Shown: positions 27,055 through 36,368 of the stretch, piece by piece
How positions within the stretch are numbered: position 1 is the first letter of the stretch
Layout: each line of letters starts with the position of its first letter
NCBI GenBank assembly: GCA_964363045.1
Contig: CAYIGM010000001.1
Location: 1 to 36,389 of the forward strand
Length of the DNA: 36,389 nt
Origin: an uncultured Candidatus Saccharibacteria bacterium
GTDB taxonomy: Bacteria; Patescibacteriota; Minisyncoccia; GCA-002772825
Reading direction: 5' to 3'
Made by a program: the position numbers and the translations under genes
Notes under the pieces: generated by a model
Seen by the model: the letters and a program-made list of their open reading frames with translations, nothing else
Told to the model about the DNA's origin: nothing
The model's database searches: none

Positions 27055-29154
27055 ATGTTTTCATCTAAAAAAGGTTTTATCACTGCCCAGATAATTGTTC
27101 TGGGAATTATTTTTACCGCGATAATCGGCGCCATTGGATTCGGAATTTACCATTTCTCAAAACCTGATGGTGGCAATCCGGCGGAACAAAATTACAATGG
27201 CAATACTTATGACAATACCAAAGAAAATGATTGCGGCGCGGATTGCAGTAAAGAACAAAGCGGTAAAAAGCAGAATAATGCCGTAAACAGCGCGACCCAC
27301 GAAAGAGAAATTAATTTTCATCAGCTCGCTACGGGTAAAAAATTCAGTAATATTCTAAAACTTTTTAATCCGATTATTGACGAGCAAAATAGAAAACTTT
27401 ATGTTGTTGGGTCAAAAACCAACTATGTTGGCGTGGTTGATGTGGATAAAGACGAATTGATTGATGTATTCAACATCGGCGTTCCCGGCGGATTTCTGAT
27501 TTTCAATAGCCAAAAACTTTATTCTTATGATTTTGCCGCGAACAAATGTTATCAGATTGACCCAAGCCAGAAAAAAGCGACGGAAATTTCCATAGATACC
27601 TGCAAAACCATTGTGCCAAGCAAAGGAAAAGATAAGTCCGTAAAATGGGGCAATTATTCTTTCCAAGAGACCGGGTATCAATCTTTTGCTGACGGAACAA
27701 CCGGCTTTACAACAAACTGGAATCAAAATTTAAATGGAGCTTACGGAATTATTGAAATATATGATTCGGCAAACAATAAAAAAGGCGAAATAACTCACGG
27801 TCCGGACGCGTTATACTTTACAATAGACCAAAAAACCGGCAAGCTTTATACGACCAACACAGGAGACGGCTCTATTTCCATATTTGATTTAAATAAATTA
27901 GAATCAACGAACTATTGCCAAAACAACAGCTGTAAAATAAAAGACATTGACATTGGTAATTCAGCCGACGAAGTAATAGCCGATTCTTCCGGTAATTTAT
28001 ATGTAAGAAACAGGTTGGGGGGAAGCGTGATTTATAAATATAACTTGAATTCAAAATTACTTACAATTATTGATAATGAAAATCATGTTAATGGCGGAAT
28101 CGGTATGTGGCCGACGGATATGGAATTAAGCAAAGATGAAAAAAGATTATATGTCTTAAGCCATTATGGCGCGCTAATAGATGTAATTGACACAACGACA
28201 AATAAAGTCACAAATAAAATAAAATTTGAAACTTCATTAAAACCGCGCACTGACAGTATCTCAGCGATGGCCGTGGACAAAAGCCGAGATAAAATTTATG
28301 CCGTTTGGCCGGAACTTGGGGTGATTGGCGTGGCTGACGGGATAAACAATAATGTCTTAAAGACAATAGATTTGACAAAATACGGATTTGATAAATCAAA
28401 AGCCGCCAATGCTGGTCCCGGCCTTGTAAATCTTACCGTCAACGAAAAAACCAATAAATTATACGCATATTTGTACAACGAGCAAAAATTACTGGTTTTT
28501 AACGGCGATTCTTTTACCAAAGAAAATGACGCTTCTTTGTCGCTCAAAAACAAAAAAGAATTATCTTTAATGAGCAATGATGATAAATCGGCGCTATATT
28601 TGGGAAACAAAATCATTGACCAAAATTCTCTAAAAGAAACGGGAAATTTCTCCAAGGGCCAAAGTGTTATCGCATTCAATAATAAAAATAATGCGGTTTA
28701 TCTGTCAGATATGTCTTCATTGGGAGCGGGCAAATCTCAGGAAAAAGTTTATGAATTTGACAATAATATTCTAACTAGAGCATGGGTGCTTGATGAAATC
28801 GGGAGTATAGCATCGCGATTTTCCTTTGATTTTGATAAAAATATCTTCTATACGGCTTATTTTGAAAGCGGAATAATAAAACAATATAGTCTGGATTCCG
28901 GAAGTAAGCCGAGTGACGCAAGCTCGTCATCCTCCAATCAGGTTCAGCAACCGACGAATAATCCAAGCGCGTCAAGCACTGATTGCGACCTTAATAAAGA
29001 CGGGAAAATTGATGAGATAGAGCAAAAAATGTGTTCAACCAAAGGAAGCCAATCTTCCGGGGGACAAGCGCCAAGTGGCCAAACTAAATGCGGCGACGGC
29101 GTCTGCGATGCCGTTGAAAAAGAGACGGGGGCTTGTTCGCAGGATTGCAAATAA
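27055..29154 (+). CDS. surface beta-propeller (YVTN/YncE-like) protein with a pilin-like N-terminus and C-terminal Cys module
   Basis: KKG|FITAQ plus hydrophobic helix; repeated KLYV/KLYTTN/RLYVL blades; S-rich linker; DLNKDGKID EF-hand-like loop; CGDGVCDAVEKETGACSQDCK. Confidence 0.85.
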   Translation: MFSSKKGFITAQIIVLGIIFTAIIGAIGFGIYHFSKPDGGNPAEQNYNGNTYDNTKENDCGADCSKEQSGKKQNNAVNSATHEREINFHQLATGKKFSNILKLFNPIIDEQNRKLYVVGSKTNYVGVVDVDKDELIDVFNIGVPGGFLIFNSQKLYSYDFAANKCYQIDPSQKKATEISIDTCKTIVPSKGKDKSVKWGNYSFQETGYQSFADGTTGFTTNWNQNLNGAYGIIEIYDSANNKKGEITHGPDALYFTIDQKTGKLYTTNTGDGSISIFDLNKLESTNYCQNNSCKIKDIDIGNSADEVIADSSGNLYVRNRLGGSVIYKYNLNSKLLTIIDNENHVNGGIGMWPTDMELSKDEKRLYVLSHYGALIDVIDTTTNKVTNKIKFETSLKPRTDSISAMAVDKSRDKIYAVWPELGVIGVADGINNNVLKTIDLTKYGFDKSKAANAGPGLVNLTVNEKTNKLYAYLYNEQKLLVFNGDSFTKENDASLSLKNKKELSLMSNDDKSALYLGNKIIDQNSLKETGNFSKGQSVIAFNNKNNAVYLSDMSSLGAGKSQEKVYEFDNNILTRAWVLDEIGSIASRFSFDFDKNIFYTAYFESGIIKQYSLDSGSKPSDASSSSSNQVQQPTNNPSASSTDCDLNKDGKIDEIEQKMCSTKGSQSSGGQAPSGQTKCGDGVCDAVEKETGACSQDCK

Positions 29155-29173
29155 ATATCATTAGAAATACATG

Positions 29174-29214
29174 AAATAAAACCCCCTCTTCACACAGCGG
29201 GGTTTTATTTTTTT
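29174..29214 (+). terminator. probable intrinsic terminator
   Basis: AAATAAAACCCC...GGGGTTTTATTT followed by a T tract. Confidence 0.65.
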
Positions 29215-29240
29215 CATAATTATGTATAATTAATTTTACT

Positions 29241-29693
29241 ATGACAAAATATTTAACACCTGAAGGTTTGGAAAAAATCAAAAAAGAGCTTGAACACCTA
29301 AAAACCGTCAAAAGAAAAGAGATTGCCGAAGAGCTTGAAACCGCAATTTCTTTCGGAGACTTAAAAGAGAACGCTTCCTACCAGTCAGCCAAAGACGCCC
29401 AGGGCCTTATGGAAGAGAAGATTCTGGAGCTTGAAGATATTCTGCGAAATTCAGTAATCGCCCTCAAGAACAACAGCGGTAAAATTCAGATAGGTTCAAC
29501 AGTTTGCGCAAAACTGGATAACTCCGAAAAGACATTCTGCATAGTGAGTCCCGGCGAAGCCGACCCATCCGCGGGAAAAATTTCTTATCAGTCGCCGATA
29601 GGCAAAGCTCTTTTAGGAAAACTCGTCGGAGAAAAAATCAAAATTGAATCTCCGAACGGAATAAAAAACTGTGAAATACTGGGTATTAAATAA
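29241..29693 (+). CDS. greA: transcription elongation factor GreA
   Basis: YLTPEG, GDLKENASY, ISYQSPIGKALLG. Confidence 0.97.
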   Translation: MTKYLTPEGLEKIKKELEHLKTVKRKEIAEELETAISFGDLKENASYQSAKDAQGLMEEKILELEDILRNSVIALKNNSGKIQIGSTVCAKLDNSEKTFCIVSPGEADPSAGKISYQSPIGKALLGKLVGEKIKIESPNGIKNCEILGIK

Positions 29694-29700
29694 TCTTATT

Positions 29701-30678
29701 TTACCTATTCTCCAGCGCAAGTGTAATCAAATGGTCTAAAAAATGCGGTAAAGAAACACCTATTGCCTCTAAAGATTTCGGCAAGAGTGACTCGGTGGTG
29801 AGGCCTGGCAAAGTATTTATCTCCAGCAGATAAATTCCTTTTTCTGACACTATAAAATCAGACCGCGAATAATATTTGCAATTTAAAGTCTTATGAGCCA
29901 GAACGGCAATCCGCTCTATCTCTTCTTTAACCTTCCGGCTAAAGCCGGAAGGGCAAATCTCCGTTGCCTTGCCGTTGTATTTGAAAGAAGTGTCGAAAAA
30001 ACATTTCTCAACAGGAAATATAATCTCAACAACAGGCGAAGAATAATAATCTCTCCCCCGAAATTTCTCCACGACACCGCAGGTAGCTTCTCTGCCCACC
30101 ACGCGTTCTTCAATCAATACTTTCTGGCCGTATTGAAACGCGCCGGAAATAGCGGAAACAAGCTCATTAAAGCCATTAGCGACGGAAACTCCCAAAGAAG
30201 AGCCTGACGATGAAGGTTTGACCACCCAAGACGGACCCAAAACTCTCAAAACCTCAAGAGCCGCGTCTTTTGCCGATTGATTATCAGAAACAGAAACACC
30301 GCGCGGAACTTTGATGCCGGCGCCGGCAAATACTTTCTTGCTCAAGACTTTATCCATACCCAAAAGAGAAGCCGCCACGCCGGAACTCGCATAAGGAATA
30401 TTAAAACTGTCAAAAATTTGCTGTATTTTTCCGTCCTCGCCGAAATTTCCATGAAGAGCATTAAACGCAACATCTATATTAGTAAAAACTTTTGATCGAG
30501 AAACCAACAGTCCATCCATATACCATTCACCATTTTTTGTTATAAAAATATCTTTAATCTGATATTTATCGGGAAAAGATTGAAGTATGGCGGAAATAAC
30601 ATTCCCGCCTGTCTTTAAAGACACCTCGTGCTCAGGAGACGGTCCGCCCCTGAAAATCCCCACTTTTATCCTAGTCAT
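29701..30678 (-). CDS. ddl: D-alanine--D-alanine ligase
   Basis: GGPSPEHEVS, LHGNFGEDG, MDK, GSSLG, KY omega loop, LEINTLPG. Confidence 0.96.
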   Translation of the reverse strand: MTRIKVGIFRGGPSPEHEVSLKTGGNVISAILQSFPDKYQIKDIFITKNGEWYMDGLLVSRSKVFTNIDVAFNALHGNFGEDGKIQQIFDSFNIPYASSGVAASLLGMDKVLSKKVFAGAGIKVPRGVSVSDNQSAKDAALEVLRVLGPSWVVKPSSSGSSLGVSVANGFNELVSAISGAFQYGQKVLIEERVVGREATCGVVEKFRGRDYYSSPVVEIIFPVEKCFFDTSFKYNGKATEICPSGFSRKVKEEIERIAVLAHKTLNCKYYSRSDFIVSEKGIYLLEINTLPGLTTESLLPKSLEAIGVSLPHFLDHLITLALENR

Positions 30679-30685
30679 TTTTTAA

Positions 30686-31918
30686 TTATACCACGGACCT
30701 TAATTTTTTATGATACTTGATTGCGAATCTATGCGCCTCATAATTAGAAAGAAGTATCTCTTTCTTGAAATTATCAATCTGTTTTTTTGACCCTAAAAAT
30801 CCGGATGGTCTGTGCCTCTTATTTTTAATAACGCTGACTACCGGTATTCGTAATTTATTTTCCTTCAAAATTTTTTCCGCTATATTTTTCTGCGCCCTGC
30901 CGCCATCTACAACAATCAAGTTAGGCAATGGCCACTCTTTATGAGAAAACCTTCTTAATAAAATCTCCCTCAAAGAAGCTATATCGTCAGACTCTTTAAC
31001 TCCCCTAATCTTAAACAGACGATAGTCCGGCTTACTAGGCGCGTCGCCTTTTAAGACCGCAAACGCGCCGACGGTAAATTTGCCGGAAATGTGAGCCGCA
31101 TCATAAGCCTCTATCCTCCACTTGGAAGCTAATCTTCCAAGTGGAGGTAAATCTTTTATAAGAGCGACATCTTGAATATGTTTTAAAGAAAAAATTTTAT
31201 TTTTTACGCTTGCCGCCGATTCAAATTCCCGCTTTTTCGCAAAATCAGACATCTCCTTCTTCAAATTTTTTATAACACTTTCTTTTTTCCCTTCGAAAAA
31301 TAATCTTATATTCTTTATCGTTTCAAAATAATCTTTCTTTGAAATTTCTCCGGTGCATACGCCCGGGCAAAGGCCTATTTGCCTGTTGAAACAAGGTTTT
31401 GCCTGCGCCAGTCGGCCCGCCTGCGGAGAACATGTATCTCTAAAAGGAAATATCCTGCGGATAATTTTTAACGCGGTTTTTAAACTCCCCCCTTCCGGGA
31501 AAGGGCCGAATAAATATTTAACTTTCAAACCCCTGGCCTTTCTTTCATTTTTCTCAATATCGCGCCAACGAAGAATCAGTACCCTCGGAAAATCTTCTTC
31601 TGTAATAGCCATATAATTAAAACTTTTATCATCTTTTTCTTTAATATTGAATTTCGGCTGATATTTTTTTATAAGATTCGCTTCAAGTATCAACGCCTCA
31701 AGCACGCTGTCTGTCTTCTGAAATTTCATTTTGGCAGACGAACCAACCATTTCTTTAATCCTTAAATCTATTTTCTGGGAAGGATTTTGAAAATATGAAG
31801 AAACGCGCGAACGCAAAGAAGTCGCTTTACCTATATAAAGAGGTTCGCCTTTCTTATTAAGAAAAAAATAAACACCCGGGCCTTGAGGAAGATTCTTAAC
31901 CTGAGCCGACAATTTCAT
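30686..31918 (-). CDS. uvrC: excinuclease ABC subunit C-like protein lacking the C-terminal HhH domain
   Basis: GVY..YIGKA..LRSRV GIY-YIG domain, Cys cluster, UVR domain, RIEAYDAAH...VVDGG...EAHRFAI RNase-H-like domain. Confidence 0.9.
   Translation of the reverse strand: MKLSAQVKNLPQGPGVYFFLNKKGEPLYIGKATSLRSRVSSYFQNPSQKIDLRIKEMVGSSAKMKFQKTDSVLEALILEANLIKKYQPKFNIKEKDDKSFNYMAITEEDFPRVLILRWRDIEKNERKARGLKVKYLFGPFPEGGSLKTALKIIRRIFPFRDTCSPQAGRLAQAKPCFNRQIGLCPGVCTGEISKKDYFETIKNIRLFFEGKKESVIKNLKKEMSDFAKKREFESAASVKNKIFSLKHIQDVALIKDLPPLGRLASKWRIEAYDAAHISGKFTVGAFAVLKGDAPSKPDYRLFKIRGVKESDDIASLREILLRRFSHKEWPLPNLIVVDGGRAQKNIAEKILKENKLRIPVVSVIKNKRHRPSGFLGSKKQIDNFKKEILLSNYEAHRFAIKYHKKLRSVV
31115..31147. 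repeat. perfect 33-bp palindrome inside uvrC
   Basis: CCTCCACTTGGAAG-CTAAT-CTTCCAAGTGGAGG, 14-bp arms. Confidence 0.85.
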
Positions 31919-32026
31919 ATATTAATTATACCAAAAATAGCATATCTTTACAATATCAATAAAATATTATATAAATAAGCTAAATAAAGCTGTTCTTTAA
32001 TTTAACCTATAATCGGAGGTTCTATT

Positions 32027-32623
32027 ATGAAAAAAGCAATAACGGCAATTATTGTATTATTCTTATTTTGCCTCTCAGTTTCAGCTTCAGCAACAAAAAT
32101 TCCCCTGAAAAGACCCGGCCAACCGCTGTTTAATCCAAACCAAGAAATAATGAAGGGCCAGTGGCAAGAATTACACGCCACTGTCATTGACTTGATAAGA
32201 AATGAAGTGGCAATCAGAAACAATCTTGTGATAATGTCCGCGGTATTAGACAGTAATGATTGTCATCCAAAATCCGGAATCAGTCGCAAGAAAACCGCAA
32301 AAAACCAAAAGGAATTCGGAATCAAAAAAGAATCAAAACGAAAAGACAAGCTGGTCATCAAAAAAACAATGGCGATTATAGACCGGGCGATTGACAATAT
32401 GATACTCCTGGCCAATAGATTGGAAAAAGTGGCTGAAAAATCCAAGCTTTTCTCTGCCGGAGAAGATTTTGATAAATATGGATTTGTCAGTGGCCTACGA
32501 GAATTGAATACATCCTTCCGGCTTGATGTTATCAATGAAAGAACTGTGGAAGCCGGAAAGGATCAAATAATTAAATCAAAAGAGTTGCTGGCTGAAGTCA
32601 GCAATACTTATCAATGCCGGTAA
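32027..32623 (+). CDS. hypothetical secreted, helical protein
   Basis: GGAGGT SD, MKK signal peptide ending ASA, own terminator; inserted on the opposite strand between uvrA and uvrC. Confidence 0.8.
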   Translation: MKKAITAIIVLFLFCLSVSASATKIPLKRPGQPLFNPNQEIMKGQWQELHATVIDLIRNEVAIRNNLVIMSAVLDSNDCHPKSGISRKKTAKNQKEFGIKKESKRKDKLVIKKTMAIIDRAIDNMILLANRLEKVAEKSKLFSAGEDFDKYGFVSGLRELNTSFRLDVINERTVEAGKDQIIKSKELLAEVSNTYQCR

Positions 32624-32645
32624 ACTCGGCATTCCGCTGTTATTC

Positions 32646-32707
32646 AAACGCCGTCATTTTCAACAATGGCGGCGTTTTTTTACCCGTCGCTTTCAAGCGA
32701 CGGGGTT
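32646..32707 (+). terminator. tandem hairpins between convergent genes (terminator plus a second GC-rich stem)
   Basis: AAACGCCGTCATT...AATGGCGGCGTTTTTTT, then CCCGTCGCT-TTCA-AGCGACGGG. Confidence 0.8.
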
Positions 32708-35269
32708 TTATTTTCTTAGCCACTTCTTAAGATAAGAACCAGTATAGGAACCTTTTGTATTTGCGACATTTTCCGGTGTTCCCTTAGCCACCACTTTGCC
32801 TCCGCCTGACCCGCCCTCCGGCCCCATATCTACGATATAATCCGCGCTCTTTATCACATCCATATTATGCTCTATCAACAATACGGAATTCCCTTTTTCA
32901 ACAAGCTTATTCAATACCATAAGAAGATTTTTTACATCTTCATAATGCAATCCGACTGTCGGTTCATCTAAAAGATAAATGGTTTTCTGCGTAATGGGCC
33001 GATAAAGTTCCGAAGAAATTTTAACTCTTTGGGCTTCGCCGCCGGATAAAGTCGTAGCCGATTGCCCCAATTCTAAATATCCGAGCCCCACATCGCTTAA
33101 AGTCTTAAATCTGTCATAAATCGCCGGAATATCCTCAAAAAACGACAACGCTTCTTCAACCGTCATCTCAAGCACTTCAAAAATATTTTTCTTTTTATAC
33201 CTTATGTCCAGAGTCTCTTTATCAAAACGCTTGCCTCCGCAAATATCGCATTTAACATAAACTGTCGGCAAAAAGTGCATCTCAACCGCCACCGTTCCAT
33301 TCCCCTGGCAAGCTTCGCATCTTCCGCCTTTTACATTGAAAGAGAATCTGGAAGGCCCCCAACCGCGCACTCGCGATTCCTCAACCGAAGCGAAAAGGTC
33401 GCGAATATAAGTGAAAGCGCCGGTATATGTCGCCGGATTTGAACGCGGAGTCCGGCCTATCGGCGACTGGTCTATCATTATAACCCTTGAAAGATATTCC
33501 GCGCCGGAAAAAGATTGGCAGTTAAAGATATCGTTGCTCCTGTATCTTCTGTCAAATTTGGCCTGAAGATTCTTATAAAGAATTTCGTAAAGAAAAGTTG
33601 ATTTACCGCTTCCGGATACGCCGGTTATAGCGCAAAACTTACCCAAAGGAATATCAACATTCAAATCTTTTATATTGAAAATTTTTCCTCCTCTGACTTT
33701 AATAGCCCCTTTTTCCGAGACTCTTCTTCTCTCCGGCGTTAAAATACTAGCCACACCCCTCAAATAATCCAGAGTGAGGGATTTATATTTGCCAGACTTG
33801 TCGGTTAAAAGCTTTTCAAGATATCCTGAAACCACAATCTCACCGCCGGAAACTCCGGCACCCGGGCCTATATCCACAAGATAATCCGCGGACAAAATGG
33901 TATCTTCATCGTGTTCAACCACGATTATTGTGTTGCCGATGTCGCGGAGGCTCTCAAGTGTCTTTATAAGACGGTCATTATCCCTCTGATGCAATCCGAT
34001 AGTCGGCTCATCAAGCACATAGAGCGTGCCAACAAGCTGGGAGCCAAGCTGAGAAGCGAGCCTGATTCTTTGAGCCTCGCCGCCGGAAAGAGTATTGGCG
34101 CGCCTATTAAGCGACATATAATCAAGGCCGACGGAAAGCAAAAATTGCAATCTATTCTCAATCTCCTTGAGTAAAACTTTAGCTATCTCCCTGTCCCGTT
34201 CACTGAGCTTTATATCTTTAAAAAAACGAACAGCATCAGATATTGATAAAGCGATAAGGTCAACGATATTTTTATCATCTACGAAAACATAAAGAGCTTC
34301 TTCTCTCAAACGGGCGCCATGACAGGAATCGCACGGGTCATCGCCAAAAAGATGTTTAGTCCCGAGTCCATGACAAGCCGAGCATGCCCCGTAAGGCGAG
34401 TTAAAAGAAAAAAGACGAGGCTCAATTTCCGGAAAAGAGAAGCCGTCATAAGGGCAAGAGAATGAAGATGACATCAAAAATTCATCGCCTGTATCGGAGA
34501 AATTAATCTTAACCACCCCTTCCGCTTCACGAAGCGCGAGCTCAATGGCTTCGGACAAACGCGACCTAAAATCGCCTTTCGCTCCATCTTTGCCGGAAAG
34601 AGATATCTCGTCTATTAAAATATCTATATCATGTTTTTTATTTTTTGCGAGTATTATTTGCCCGCGAAGATTTTTTATATTGCCGTCAATTCGCGCTTTC
34701 TCATATCCTTTGCCTAAAAGGTCATAAAGAAGTTGGTAATACTCGCCCTTCCGTCCGCGCACAACCGGAGCAAATATCAACACGCTCCCGGATTTAGATT
34801 CGGCTTTAATCTTGCTTTTGATTTTTGAAATATTTTTTAAAACAATATTTATTATCTCTTCATTGGAAAGCCGTTCAATCTCTCTCTGGCACTTAAGGCA
34901 ATGCGGTTTGCCTATCCTCGCATAAAGAACGCGAAGGTAATCATATATTTCCGTAATGGTCGCCACTGTGGAACGGGGATTTGAAGAACGGGATTTTTGG
35001 TCTATGGAGATTGCCGGTGAAAGACCGGTAATTTCATCAACATCAGGCTTTTGCATCTGAGCCAAAAATTGCCTGGCATAAGCGGAAAGAGATTCCACAT
35101 AACGCCTCTGTCCTTCGGCGAATATGGTGTCAAAAGCGAGCGAAGACTTTCCCGACCCAGAAAGTCCGGTAAAAACTGTCATTTTATTGCGCGGAATCTC
35201 CAACGACACATTTTTCAAATTATGAGTCCTGGCCCCTTTTATTATTATTTTTTCATCTTTATTTTTCAT
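32708..35269 (-). CDS. uvrA: excinuclease ABC subunit A (insertion domain absent)
   Basis: [48 protein letters not shown]; ATG 35269 preferred. Confidence 0.98.
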   Translation of the reverse strand: MKNKDEKIIIKGARTHNLKNVSLEIPRNKMTVFTGLSGSGKSSLAFDTIFAEGQRRYVESLSAYARQFLAQMQKPDVDEITGLSPAISIDQKSRSSNPRSTVATITEIYDYLRVLYARIGKPHCLKCQREIERLSNEEIINIVLKNISKIKSKIKAESKSGSVLIFAPVVRGRKGEYYQLLYDLLGKGYEKARIDGNIKNLRGQIILAKNKKHDIDILIDEISLSGKDGAKGDFRSRLSEAIELALREAEGVVKINFSDTGDEFLMSSSFSCPYDGFSFPEIEPRLFSFNSPYGACSACHGLGTKHLFGDDPCDSCHGARLREEALYVFVDDKNIVDLIALSISDAVRFFKDIKLSERDREIAKVLLKEIENRLQFLLSVGLDYMSLNRRANTLSGGEAQRIRLASQLGSQLVGTLYVLDEPTIGLHQRDNDRLIKTLESLRDIGNTIIVVEHDEDTILSADYLVDIGPGAGVSGGEIVVSGYLEKLLTDKSGKYKSLTLDYLRGVASILTPERRRVSEKGAIKVRGGKIFNIKDLNVDIPLGKFCAITGVSGSGKSTFLYEILYKNLQAKFDRRYRSNDIFNCQSFSGAEYLSRVIMIDQSPIGRTPRSNPATYTGAFTYIRDLFASVEESRVRGWGPSRFSFNVKGGRCEACQGNGTVAVEMHFLPTVYVKCDICGGKRFDKETLDIRYKKKNIFEVLEMTVEEALSFFEDIPAIYDRFKTLSDVGLGYLELGQSATTLSGGEAQRVKISSELYRPITQKTIYLLDEPTVGLHYEDVKNLLMVLNKLVEKGNSVLLIEHNMDVIKSADYIVDMGPEGGSGGGKVVAKGTPENVANTKGSYTGSYLKKWLRK

Positions 35270-36368
35270 ATTGCATTTTTTCAAGCTCTCTTAGTTCGTC
35301 GCGTAAAATTGCCGCTGTTTCAAAATCAAGTTCTTTTACGGCTTCATTCATTTGTCTCTCTTTGTCTTTAATCAATTTCTTCGGATTTTTTTCAAATAAT
35401 TTTCTATCTATCAAAAGAACGGATTTTACCGTCTTTTCATGCCGGCTTTCAAGCTCTTCCGTAATATCATGAATTCTTTTAATAATCGTCTTGGGCGTAA
35501 TTTTGTGTTTTTTATTATAAGCCACCTGTATTTTTCTTCTGTTATCCGTCTCTTCTATCGCCTTAATCATTGAACCTGTAAGCTTATCAGCGTAAAGTAT
35601 GACTCTTCCGGCAGAATTTCTCGCGGCTCTGCCTATTGTCTGAATAAGAGAAGTTTCACTGCGCAAGAATCCTTCTTTATCAGCATCAAGTATGCCAATA
35701 AAAGAAACTTCCGGCAAATCAAGCCCCTCGCGAAGAAGATTGACCCCGACTAAACAATCAAATTCACCCCTTCTAAAATCCGTAAGTATTTTTATCCTAT
35801 CAAGCGTCTTTATCTCACTATGCAGATATTCCGCTTTAATTCCCCGATCTTTCAAATACAGCGCCAAATCTTCAGCCATTTTTTTCGTAAGAGTCGTTGC
35901 AATAGAACGTTCATTTTTTGAAGCGGTCTGTTTCGCTTCTTCTATAAAATCAGCGATTTGTCCACCATACCCTATTTTTTCATTTTCCATTATCGGCTTA
36001 ATTTTGATTTCGGGGTCAACAAGCCCTGTCGGACGAATAATCTGCCGGACAATATTTTCGCTTACTTCATTTTCATATTTCCCCGGCGTAGCGGAAGTAT
36101 AAATAACCTGTCCAATACGCTTTTCAAATTCTTTAAAATTCAAGGGTCTATTATCTCGAGCGGAAGGGAGGCGAAAACCATATTCTACCAAAGTCTTTTT
36201 TCTTGAAGCGTCCCCCGCGTACATCCCGGCGATCTGCGGTATTGTTATATGAGATTCATCAATAATAGTTAAAAAATCAGGGCTTCCGTCATTATTATGC
36301 GGAAAATAAGAAAGAAGAGTTTCCGGGGGGGCGGCGCCCGGCGGGACGCCGAAATTAACAGAAAAATT
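35259..36368 (-). CDS. uvrB: excinuclease ABC subunit B, C-terminal part (5' end lies at or beyond the window edge)
   Basis: [64 protein letters not shown]. Confidence 0.95.
   Translation of the reverse strand, partial: NFSVNFGVPPGAAPPETLLSYFPHNNDGSPDFLTIIDESHITIPQIAGMYAGDASRKKTLVEYGFRLPSARDNRPLNFKEFEKRIGQVIYTSATPGKYENEVSENIVRQIIRPTGLVDPEIKIKPIMENEKIGYGGQIADFIEEAKQTASKNERSIATTLTKKMAEDLALYLKDRGIKAEYLHSEIKTLDRIKILTDFRRGEFDCLVGVNLLREGLDLPEVSFIGILDADKEGFLRSETSLIQTIGRAARNSAGRVILYADKLTGSMIKAIEETDNRRKIQVAYNKKHKITPKTIIKRIHDITEELESRHEKTVKSVLLIDRKLFEKNPKKLIKDKERQMNEAVKELDFETAAILRDELRELEKMQYEK

Noticed and set aside
24950-29240. Integrative element or prophage at tRNA-Ala
   Set aside because: No integrase, phage genes or duplicated tRNA 3' end (att) was seen; only a variable gene cluster is supported.
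32683-32707. CCCGTCGCTTTCAAGCGACGGGG as an IS200/IS605 end hairpin
   Set aside because: No tnpA/tnpB nearby; its position between convergent genes is adequately explained by termination.
1276-36206. Numerous antisense or overlapping ORFs in the six-frame track (e.g. 8810-9328, 9882-10490, 24252-24812, 26577-26822)
   Set aside because: They are shadows of well-supported genes or the tRNA, with no independent motifs.
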